DNA from: a virus
Length of the DNA: 12,524 nt
Virus genome (UHGV): UHGV-0168749
Reading direction: 5' to 3' (one strand)
Part shown: one piece after another, positions 1 to 8,083 of the stretch
Numbering within the stretch: the stretch's first letter is position 1
Layout: each line of letters begins with the position of its first letter
Position numbers and translations under genes: made by a program
The notes under the pieces: model-generated
Database searches by the model: none
What the model was told of the DNA's origin: nothing
Seen by the model: the letters and a program-made list of their open reading frames with translations, nothing else

Positions 1-29
1 CGGCAGCGTCAGATGTGTATAAGAGACAG
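1..29. other. Illumina Nextera read-1 transposase adapter (Tn5 mosaic end), non-biological
   Basis: Positions 1-29 read CGGCAGCGTCAGATGTGTATAAGAGACAG, the 3' portion of the Nextera read-1 adapter ending in the 19-nt Tn5 mosaic end AGATGTGTATAAGAGACAG. Recognised from established knowledge of the adapter sequence. Confidence 0.9.
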
Positions 30-31
30 CG

Positions 32-3000
32 TCAGAACAGTATGCAACGTACGATAACAAAGGCGGTTATACGTACAACACTACAAAACGCCGTTTTGCC
101 GTTACGTACAAAACCACGACGTTAAATGACTACTCCCTGTCGATGAAATACCGTATTCCTGGTATTTTCCCGAACATGGGAAGCATTAACCCAAATGAAC
201 AAATCGATTGGATGTTGTGCTACGCGAATGGCGGTGCAAGTATCCTTCGTCTTCAATTAAAGCAGCGTAAAATCTCTTTGCGCCTGACCGTAGCGTTAGG
301 AAGCGGCTCAACCGATTACGACTATACGCTAATCAACGGACTGACCGACAGCGAATTGAAAGGTGAGTTAACGTTTAGTGTTGTTCGTCAGCCTGGTAAC
401 GGTGTGTATGTTATCGAGGTGACGACTAACAAACAGACGATGGACTACACGTTCAACGTTGATAACCCACCATCCGAATTCTCAGCAGGTTATAGCAAAA
501 CAGATGTTGCGAAATGGTTGAAATATAAAACCAACGTTAATCTAAACTGGTGGGCGGCTGAAAACGATTATGCACAATTCCTTGCGTTACCTGGTGCGCC
601 AGACGCCGACGTAAGCAATGACGTTTATCAGCTGATTGTCAAATACCATCAGTTGGTGGAACAGCTTTACCGCAACGCACCAGCTCACGAGCACGTTACC
701 CGTAAAGATAACCCACACGTCGATACGTGGGGACCGATTCGTGCGTTAGAGTTAAACGGTATCGCGTCAGATGCTGCTTTGGCTTACGGGAAAACGAAAC
801 AACAGTTAACGGATTACGTTAACAGTAAATACCCGACGCAGGCAACACTGACAGCGCAGAATAAACTGCTACGCACCGCAGCTAACAAAACGGTTGACGG
901 AACTATCAGAACACTGCCAGGCTTTACGTCCTTTACGACGGAAGTTGATCCGGTGTCGATGTCTAAGTACGTGAACCCTTATTTTAGCGAAAGCTATGTT
1001 AGCAATGGTTACACGTATCATGGCGCACTTCGTTATACGGGAACGAAGAATGGATTTGGTACTTATTTTAATGGAGTACCTGCCAACCTGCAAGATATTG
1101 ACTTCATTGTCACCGGACGTAAAACAGCGTCAGGTAATGAAGCAGTCGGTATGGTTGGTTTACGCTTCTATGAAAATCCTGGTAGTAACTCTGGCAAATT
1201 CATTCAACTTACCGGTGAAGTTCTGTCAGGTCGAGTCAGTATCGGTTTACAACTGAACGGTTATGCTAATCCGCAGCCGGAAGTCCAATATGTTTCTCAA
1301 ATCGCCGATCCTGCAATACCTGACGATGATTTTACGTTACGTTTCCAATTAAAACGTACGGGGAACGTATTTGATATCGTTGTTACCGTGAATGGTAAGA
1401 CGTACAGCGCTCGTGTCAACTTCGTTAACATGGATGCTGCGCTAGAAGCGTTAGAGAACCAACATCACTTTAAAACGTTGATTAACAACGTTGCTGATAG
1501 TGTCAGCATTATCTCGCAAAACAAAGGTAACACGGTTACCATTAAGAAAGCGCCGGATGTTGTTGACGAGACCCGTTTAGGTGCTCAGTTTGCCGTTGAC
1601 CCGAAATCCATTAAGTTTATTGGCCAAGGTTCAACCGAAGTTAATGCAGGGAATAACCCCGTAACTTTCCAGGCAGGGACTAATCAGCTGGTATTGTACG
1701 CTGACGATCGTGGCTTGCAGTGGCGTGGTAAGAAACTTTTAGACCCCACCACAGTAGGGCCTTACCTACCAGGTAATACCGCGGGTGGAACAGGATTATT
1801 CTACGCAAACTCGACAGCAACGGTAACCATTACAGGTAACGGAATAAAAGCGTCACCGTTTGTGGCAACGTTTGTCCTCCCTACCGCAACGGATACGACG
1901 TCCTTAGCCGGATGGCAGTTAACCGATGAGTTCGGTACTGCGGAAAATCTGGCAGCGACGCCTGCGTTGATTACAAAACTCGATGCTGAGTTTACGGGTA
2001 AATTGGTCGCGGTAAAATCGTACATTAACGACATGCCGTTAACCAGCTCTATTACCATCGACAAAATCACCTTTAACCTAGGTAACGTTGCAAACACACC
2101 TGACGTCGATTTACCTATTTCTGTTGCACAACAAACAGAGTTGGATAAATATTCACCGAAGGTTCACCGCCACCCGTCAACAGCGTTTGGAGTGGAAAAC
2201 GCAACAACGGATAAACGCGGGTTAATTAAATTCGGATTAGCCGTCGATGATGCAACGCTGGCTTTAGACGCTAGTGTGGTGATGGATCAGACAGCTCGAA
2301 TTGAGAAGCTGGAAGCAACAGTAGGTAACGTAGATTCGGGTGCCCGAATTGACATCATCCGTTACGGTGAAACTGGGAACGACTTAATCGAAGTTACGGT
2401 AAAAGACAAGATACTGGTTACGTTACCCGCCACAACGTATTTCATTGGTGGGGAAACGTATCAAGTGCCGTTAATGACAGTAAACACTGCTGAGCGCTTT
2501 CCAAAACTGAATACGGAAATTGTTGCTGGGGTGTTTGTTGATATTGTCGATAACCGGGCGACTTATGTTATTCACGATAGTTACAGTCAAGCCGAAACGG
2601 ATACCATGACCCGTGTGGGGATGATTGGCGTCAACGATATCTCAGAAGTGTACTTAACCGAGTTGCGTAACGTGACCCGTTTAGGTGATTTCCGGGAATT
2701 GTCAGAACATATTGCTAACGACAATGCGCATATTCAGAGAAGTGCGCCACGTGCAGCTCTAGGTTTGCGCAATTTAACAGTGGGTGCGCCCTGCTGGGCT
2801 TCAGGCTTACAAGCAGTAACACGTGGTGAGGCTGATTGGCGATTTGCGATGGGGAATACGTATAAAGCACTCGACGGCGTAAAATACGATTCCTTAGCTT
2901 CGAAGTGGATATTTGATCCAAAGGGAGTTAGTGATAATGTTCATGGATTTATTCACAATCTTTTCCCGCTGTTCTCGAACGCAGGTGTTCGTGTAACTTG

Positions 3001-3787
3001 GGAAACGGAGAGTAACGCAAAAACGGGCACAGTGCTTGAAACGATTTTAGGTTGTTGGCGGAATAATGCCAATGAGTTTGTTCGCTTGTCTCTTTTAGTG
3101 ACAAGGGGCTACCGCTTAACTGACAGTAAGGGCGAATATTGTTACGCAGGTTTCGGGTTAAACTTCGCTAATGGGAAATCGGTTGTTCTTGGTTTTACAC
3201 CAACGAAGCGTGTTACACCTGCCCCTTGGAGTACATTACAACCCGATATCACATTTACCCACAGACGCGGCGCGAACAACGATGTGACGTTTAATGCGAC
3301 GTTAACACTAGCAGGAACGGTTTATACCATCGTTGTGTATTTGTCAGATGTAGATAAATACGTAAGCTGCACCGCAGCGGGCGGAACAACTCAGAAAATT
3401 TCGTTAACTGATCGTCTAGGTGAGTTAGATATTTCACCCATTGTTAACGATCCTTATACCCCTATCTATTACGGTTTAGGGGGACTTTATGACGACGAGG
3501 TACGCGCCAACCTCCGTACCACTGCTGATAGCATAACAGCAAATAAATCGTACGGAACGCTATTGGATTATATCGCTAACTATTCTGCATTAAACCGCGC
3601 ACGCCTCATTGAGACAGCTGGCCCAAGCTCAGATCCTGAGACGCTAAACGCGCTGGTAGCAAAAGAGTTTGATGATAATTTAGCCGATTATAACGCGTTA
3701 CCGATCCCTCCTTATCTGAACAAGGAGCGTGTCATGTCGTTCTTGGGTGAAAACAATAAACTCAACGCGGTGATTATTCGCGATTAA
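32..3787 (+). CDS. Large phage tail-fibre-like structural protein, probably 5'-partial (the ORF track starts it at the internal Met at 143)
   Basis: The reading frame is open from the first native base after the adapter (the only upstream in-frame stop, TAA at 20-22, lies inside the adapter). No Shine-Dalgarno precedes the ATG at 143 (upstream is ctactccctgtcg). Stop TAA at 3785-3787. Composition is T/N/G/V/Y-rich and it contains the box DLPISVAQQTELDKYSPKVHRHP...ATTDKRGLIKFG (nt ~2102-2238) resembling the conserved tail-fibre K-P-x-S...H-x-H motif. The product call is by motif recall, not a search. Confidence 0.7.
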   Translation, partial: SEQYATYDNKGGYTYNTTKRRFAVTYKTTTLNDYSLSMKYRIPGIFPNMGSINPNEQIDWMLCYANGGASILRLQLKQRKISLRLTVALGSGSTDYDYTLINGLTDSELKGELTFSVVRQPGNGVYVIEVTTNKQTMDYTFNVDNPPSEFSAGYSKTDVAKWLKYKTNVNLNWWAAENDYAQFLALPGAPDADVSNDVYQLIVKYHQLVEQLYRNAPAHEHVTRKDNPHVDTWGPIRALELNGIASDAALAYGKTKQQLTDYVNSKYPTQATLTAQNKLLRTAANKTVDGTIRTLPGFTSFTTEVDPVSMSKYVNPYFSESYVSNGYTYHGALRYTGTKNGFGTYFNGVPANLQDIDFIVTGRKTASGNEAVGMVGLRFYENPGSNSGKFIQLTGEVLSGRVSIGLQLNGYANPQPEVQYVSQIADPAIPDDDFTLRFQLKRTGNVFDIVVTVNGKTYSARVNFVNMDAALEALENQHHFKTLINNVADSVSIISQNKGNTVTIKKAPDVVDETRLGAQFAVDPKSIKFIGQGSTEVNAGNNPVTFQAGTNQLVLYADDRGLQWRGKKLLDPTTVGPYLPGNTAGGTGLFYANSTATVTITGNGIKASPFVATFVLPTATDTTSLAGWQLTDEFGTAENLAATPALITKLDAEFTGKLVAVKSYINDMPLTSSITIDKITFNLGNVANTPDVDLPISVAQQTELDKYSPKVHRHPSTAFGVENATTDKRGLIKFGLAVDDATLALDASVVMDQTARIEKLEATVGNVDSGARIDIIRYGETGNDLIEVTVKDKILVTLPATTYFIGGETYQVPLMTVNTAERFPKLNTEIVAGVFVDIVDNRATYVIHDSYSQAETDTMTRVGMIGVNDISEVYLTELRNVTRLGDFRELSEHIANDNAHIQRSAPRAALGLRNLTVGAPCWASGLQAVTRGEADWRFAMGNTYKALDGVKYDSLASKWIFDPKGVSDNVHGFIHNLFPLFSNAGVRVTWETESNAKTGTVLETILGCWRNNANEFVRLSLLVTRGYRLTDSKGEYCYAGFGLNFANGKSVVLGFTPTKRVTPAPWSTLQPDITFTHRRGANNDVTFNATLTLAGTVYTIVVYLSDVDKYVSCTAAGGTTQKISLTDRLGELDISPIVNDPYTPIYYGLGGLYDDEVRANLRTTADSITANKSYGTLLDYIANYSALNRARLIETAGPSSDPETLNALVAKEFDDNLADYNALPIPPYLNKERVMSFLGENNKLNAVIIRD

Positions 3788-3791
3788 GGAG
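3786..3791 (+). promoter_or_regulatory. Shine-Dalgarno (AAGGAG) for ORF2, overlapping the ORF1 stop codon
   Basis: Sequence gatTAAGGAGaattttttgATG: the ORF1 TAA (3785-3787) overlaps AAGGAG (3786-3791); TTG at 3798 and ATG at 3801 follow at 6 and 9 nt spacing. Confidence 0.75.
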
Positions 3792-3797
3792 AATTTT

Positions 3798-6700
3798 TTG
3801 ATGAAAGCGTATCCTTACGATCCTCGGGGGACGAAAGCCGAGAATCACTTCTTAGAGGAGCGTATCATCGGGTCAGAAAACAACAACGATCGGGTGGTGA
3901 TTTTGGATCATCGCCCGTTCTTTGAAAATCTGGTCGTTAAGCAGCCGGGTTCAACTACCCCACTGAGCCGTGGGGTAGATTACGAACTGCAATATCAGCT
4001 GACGGAACTGGATGACTCGGTAGCAGCCAACGTGTATTGTGGGGTACACCTTATCAACCCATCCATCAAAGGTTTAGTTACTTTTGAAGGACAAATGCTC
4101 GGTGGAACGTTTTACGATCCGTTTGTAGAAATTCTGGATGAGCTTGTAAAACATCTCAATAACCCGACTAGTGCGGATTGGTTGTTATTAGAAGGTCGTC
4201 CGTCGCTTTATCCAGCAACACCTGCTGCAACGTCTTGGGCAGATTTGCTGAATAAAAAATATCTTGCGTCTGCGGTTCATGATATCGAATTAAAAACCGA
4301 TGATGCAAACCAACTGATTAAAGATAAACTGGCCGAGGTTAAAGCACTCGTTGTTGCTCTGGGTAAAGAAATTCAAGCATTTAATTACCCAGCACATATC
4401 GCGGCAAAGAATCCTCATGAAACAACCGTAGCACAAATCGAAGCTCATCCGGTGAATCTCAAAACGCCGGATACCTTTATGGCTTACGGTTTACGTCTGA
4501 AAGCGTTAACGGAAGAACTAAAAGCATTCCGTTTACCACAATCGGTAGTTGACACCTATATTTCTCATTGGATTTCTGATGAGGTCTATGGGAATTTCAA
4601 CTGTACGGTGTCAGGAAACCGTGCACAATTCAGTTCTAAAAATGGTGAATCTGAAATCATTTTTGCGAACGATGGTTTTACGTTGAAGTCAAACGGTTCA
4701 GTTGTGTTGGCGGTCGGGCACTTGGAAGGAACAGGTGCGGGTCGTTACATACAGTGGCGTGCAGGTAAGAACACGTTGCGTATTGAATCAACAGGCGATG
4801 CCTTAGGGATGAATAAACTCACCTTAAACGGCAACCCGTTGCTTACAACGACTGCACTAATGGAATACCAACAAGACCCTGACGAAGGGACAGGTGGTAA
4901 TGACCCTGATGACACTAAAGTGTATATCGAGGGTCGCAACGGAATTAGCTTTACGGGTAAAGGTTCACGCGCTGACCCTATCGTAGGGGTTATCGACCCT
5001 CAAAAAGCGACTCTGACTGAAAAAGGCGTCGCTAAACTGAAAACCGGTAAAGGAACGGAAACAACGGGCGTTGCAGCAACACCGGGGTCACTGACACCGT
5101 ACTCAACGGACTTGTCCGGGTATGTGCCGAAAACGACGCTGCTAAACGGTAAGGCGATGAACGACGGTTCTCGCCAGATTACCAAAGCAGAGTTAGGATT
5201 GGAACATGCTGACAATACCGCCGATGTTGATAAACCGCTGTCCTCGGCTCTAAGTACGGCAGTTGAAGGACTTGCGGAAAAGAACCACCATCACGAGTGG
5301 TCAGAATTAGGCATTTATAAGGCTTCTCAATCCATTTACGGTATAGGTCGTTATGCGACTAACCAAAATGGCTTAGTCGAGGGACGGGCTGTAGTGCCTA
5401 ATATTCTCAAAGAACTTTCTGCAAGGCTTGAAGTTGTTGCCGCAGCGATTGCAAATGCGAAAGAAGGTACGGTAACAGATTTTGCTGCGGTACAAGGTGC
5501 GCAGTGGCGGTTTAATAGTCAAGGTACTGCTTTAACCGTACAGGATCTGAAAGTCTTTTATTTGTTTGATGGTAACAAAGACGAAGCTACCCTGACCGGT
5601 GCAATTGATCTTCAGACAACGCCAATGTTCAACTGGTTTTCGCCAAATAACCAGCTTGAAACTACCTGGCCGGAAGCAAAAGTTAGCAAAGGAACAGGAA
5701 TTACTTGGGACGGTATTGATGAACCACCGTTAATGGGCTATCACTCTGTGCCTGTTGGAAAGACAGCAACACAAATGGGTGATCAGTCTGTAATTACTGT
5801 TCTTGCTAAAGCTCGGGTCAAAGCGTACCAGTCTAAGCTATGGGTTTATGCTGCCGGTGGTGGCCCCGTAACCGTGTACATTAACGGTGTGCAAGTTGCC
5901 TCCGGTGAATCGCCATTATTAACTGTTTACGAAACTTCACCAAACGTCGAGAACTATGTTGTTGCAATAAAAGCGGAATGTAGCGACACGGCAAAATCAG
6001 CTGCGGTGCAGTTTGAGATATATGACGGTGATTACCCTGTATATTTCAGTGGTCCCGAAACACACGTAGAGTTGTTAGCCGATTTCGTCACAACACATGT
6101 TGGGATTCGTCATTATCTTTACGTTAACATGCTCACAGGTTCTCTGTATTCTCGTGCTGAGCCGATCGAATCAAACCAGGTTGATCCTGAGCGCGGTTTT
6201 ATCGGATACGTAGATGTTTACGCAGGCGAAAATTACGCGAATAAGACGGTAACTTTCGACACCACTTTCGACTTTGGTACAAGTGCAGAAATTGGCAACC
6301 ATGTGACCACGCGAAACGCCCACGGGTTAAAAGTGGTCGACTGGTCGCTGACAGATAACCCCAGATTACCGTTATTGAACCGCGCTATTCCCGAACCACG
6401 TGCGTTGGTTTATCGTAAGATGCTAACGGCGGGAAGTGGCGGGACTGCTGTAAGCTTGAGTCGCGGTTTGCTTACTTATTCGCATGGGCTAAATGTTAAA
6501 ACTGCTTTACAGCTAATTTTCTCGACCGAAGGTGCAACGCCGTATTGTTGGTTTACACCATTCAACCCTAAAGAAAATAGTGCCCCCACATTCGAAGGGT
6601 CGTTTGTTTTTGATGTTGATGATGTTGGCGGGACAAAAGCACTCACAGCAGCTCCAGATCTTATACTCTGTGCTAGTTCACAAGGTAGTTCTGTAGGACG

Positions 6701-7988
6701 TCGATACGTTCGTTTTAATCTTACGGATAAGACCTGCAAAGTGGGTGTTGGTACGGTGCGTACTAATGAGACGTGGTACAAAACGTTTGAAACAAACGAT
6801 GGGGTGATGTTGATGGAAACAGCAAATGAGACCGCTGTTTCTGCAACTACCAAAGACGTGTTATTTAATGGCGATGAAACTAATCCAGCAATTCTTGACC
6901 TTTTAGGTTGGGGTGTAAGCAAGGATAAGATTTCTCCTGTTCACGCCCCAAGGGGAATGATACGTTACCGTTATAATGTTCAAACTCGTGTCTTACGATT
7001 AGCACTTTCTTTCTCGCAGTTTAACACAACAGCGGTTAAACAACGCCAAGTAGAGTTCCAACTTCCGTTTGATTTGGTAGATTATTTTGCTGGCGATGGC
7101 GTTGGGCTGGCGTTTAGTGAACTCAGCGAGAAGTGTCGTTTGACGATTAGCCATGGTTTAATAGACCCGGTTACATCTAATATTGACATTGATAAGTATC
7201 ATTACTTGCGTGGCTTGTTTGAATCGTACGTAGATAGTTCTATCGGTCAGCTTTCGGATGCTCGTGATGCCGATTATGCCCAGACCGCAATAGACCCCGC
7301 ATCGTACGAGATTAAATCTGAGTTCCGTTTTACCGAAGCAATAGGTTTACCTCTGGGACAAGGTGTTGCTTCTTTGTCGCATGAAGGTCAACTACCTGCG
7401 CAGTTCTACGATCGTAAGTTAGCTCGCGGTGCTTTGGTTTCTCAGAACTCTACGTGGAATAACGCGTGGAGTACCACGTCGCCTGCATCAGATAAACATC
7501 GTGGAAATTTGATCTTGCGATTCGCACAGGGCGTTAGTAAAGCACATTATCGCATCGCGCGTGTGTCGGGAACGATTAAAAGCAACTGGCCAGGGAAAGT
7601 GATTATCGGTGATGCACAGAAAGATGCTTTCTTATCTGCAACTGACATCGTCGAATTTGCTTTGTCGACATCTTCTGATGTGGGTAAAGCAATAAGCTTA
7701 ACTCCCGTGGATCTACGGGCAGGCCAAGACCTTTATATCGTCCTTGAGTTGCCGGGCGACAACCCAGAGGGGTATGAGTTGAACTTCAGCTGCAATTTAG
7801 AAATCTTTGATGAAACCAATACTCGTCAAGATCAACTGAACGTGCAAAGTTTTGAAGTTCGTTCCGGCGATGAACAAGTGATGATAACAAAGCGTAATCC
7901 GTACCATATCACGAGCAAAGCGTGGAAATGGATTTTAGCTGTACTGAAACGTGAACTTAACGGTAAACAGTTAGGGGATCGCACTTAG
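3798..7988 (+). CDS. Large phage tail-fibre-like protein (~1396 aa) with a canonical fibre repeat and a His-triplet box; start may be the ATG at 3801 rather than TTG at 3798
   Basis: Uninterrupted ORF with a strong RBS and TAG stop at 7986-7988. It contains QKATLTEKGVAKLKTGKGTETTGVAATPGSL (nt ~5001-5090), closely matching the tail-fibre repeat type A-T-x-x-x-K-G-V-x-x-L...A-A-T-P known from lambda Stf and T4 gp12/gp34, followed by LGLEHADNTADVDKPLSSALSTAVEGLAEKNHHHEW (nt ~5196-5300). The C-terminal ~700 aa look like a different, globular, Cys-containing module. Confidence 0.8.
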   Translation: MMKAYPYDPRGTKAENHFLEERIIGSENNNDRVVILDHRPFFENLVVKQPGSTTPLSRGVDYELQYQLTELDDSVAANVYCGVHLINPSIKGLVTFEGQMLGGTFYDPFVEILDELVKHLNNPTSADWLLLEGRPSLYPATPAATSWADLLNKKYLASAVHDIELKTDDANQLIKDKLAEVKALVVALGKEIQAFNYPAHIAAKNPHETTVAQIEAHPVNLKTPDTFMAYGLRLKALTEELKAFRLPQSVVDTYISHWISDEVYGNFNCTVSGNRAQFSSKNGESEIIFANDGFTLKSNGSVVLAVGHLEGTGAGRYIQWRAGKNTLRIESTGDALGMNKLTLNGNPLLTTTALMEYQQDPDEGTGGNDPDDTKVYIEGRNGISFTGKGSRADPIVGVIDPQKATLTEKGVAKLKTGKGTETTGVAATPGSLTPYSTDLSGYVPKTTLLNGKAMNDGSRQITKAELGLEHADNTADVDKPLSSALSTAVEGLAEKNHHHEWSELGIYKASQSIYGIGRYATNQNGLVEGRAVVPNILKELSARLEVVAAAIANAKEGTVTDFAAVQGAQWRFNSQGTALTVQDLKVFYLFDGNKDEATLTGAIDLQTTPMFNWFSPNNQLETTWPEAKVSKGTGITWDGIDEPPLMGYHSVPVGKTATQMGDQSVITVLAKARVKAYQSKLWVYAAGGGPVTVYINGVQVASGESPLLTVYETSPNVENYVVAIKAECSDTAKSAAVQFEIYDGDYPVYFSGPETHVELLADFVTTHVGIRHYLYVNMLTGSLYSRAEPIESNQVDPERGFIGYVDVYAGENYANKTVTFDTTFDFGTSAEIGNHVTTRNAHGLKVVDWSLTDNPRLPLLNRAIPEPRALVYRKMLTAGSGGTAVSLSRGLLTYSHGLNVKTALQLIFSTEGATPYCWFTPFNPKENSAPTFEGSFVFDVDDVGGTKALTAAPDLILCASSQGSSVGRRYVRFNLTDKTCKVGVGTVRTNETWYKTFETNDGVMLMETANETAVSATTKDVLFNGDETNPAILDLLGWGVSKDKISPVHAPRGMIRYRYNVQTRVLRLALSFSQFNTTAVKQRQVEFQLPFDLVDYFAGDGVGLAFSELSEKCRLTISHGLIDPVTSNIDIDKYHYLRGLFESYVDSSIGQLSDARDADYAQTAIDPASYEIKSEFRFTEAIGLPLGQGVASLSHEGQLPAQFYDRKLARGALVSQNSTWNNAWSTTSPASDKHRGNLILRFAQGVSKAHYRIARVSGTIKSNWPGKVIIGDAQKDAFLSATDIVEFALSTSSDVGKAISLTPVDLRAGQDLYIVLELPGDNPEGYELNFSCNLEIFDETNTRQDQLNVQSFEVRSGDEQVMITKRNPYHITSKAWKWILAVLKRELNGKQLGDRT

Positions 7989-8025
7989 GACAGACTGCCT
8001 GCGGGCAGTAATGTGTCCGTAGGTA

Positions 8026-8064
8026 ACCCCTCCCTGTAAAAAGGGAGGGGTATCCATTTTATTT
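8026..8064 (+). terminator. Putative rho-independent terminator between ORF2 and ORF3
   Basis: Perfect inverted repeat aCCCCTCCCT (8026-8035) / AGGGAGGGGt (8042-8051) with a 6-nt loop GTAAAA, followed by a T-rich tract (atccaTTTTATTT, to 8064). The U-tract is offset ~5 nt from the stem, so strength is uncertain. A smaller hairpin ACTGCC-tgcg-GGCAGT lies at 7994-8009, just after the ORF2 stop. Confidence 0.5.
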
Positions 8065-8070
8065 AAAAGT

Positions 8071-8075
8071 AGGAG
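8071..8075 (+). promoter_or_regulatory. Shine-Dalgarno (AGGAG) for ORF3
   Basis: gtAGGAGtctttacgATG: AGGAG at 8071-8075, 8 nt upstream of the ATG at 8084. Confidence 0.75.
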
Positions 8076-8083
8076 TCTTTACG

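Noticed and set aside
143-145. ATG at 143 as the genuine start of ORF1
   Set aside because: There is no Shine-Dalgarno upstream and the frame is open back to the adapter boundary, so a 5'-truncated gene is more likely. Not excluded: a weak TTGCCG (96-101) / TTAAAT (122-127) promoter-like pair exists, but its spacing is poor.
3794-3799. Run of six T residues just upstream of the ORF2 start as a possible slipped-strand phase-variation tract
   Set aside because: It is too short for efficient slippage and lies in the RBS-start spacer, where T-richness is ordinary.
3798-7988. ORF2 being the T5-type L-shaped tail fibre, on the basis of its length
   Set aside because: Only a length coincidence from memory. 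GC content and gene context do not obviously fit, and I cannot verify sequence similarity without a search.
8051-8083. Possible sigma70 promoter for ORF3 in the T/A-rich stretch TTTTATTTAAAAGT
   Set aside because: The best -10-like hexamer matches TATAAT at only 3 of 6 positions and would put the transcription start inside the RBS. No -35 element or T4-type late promoter (TATAAATA) is present.
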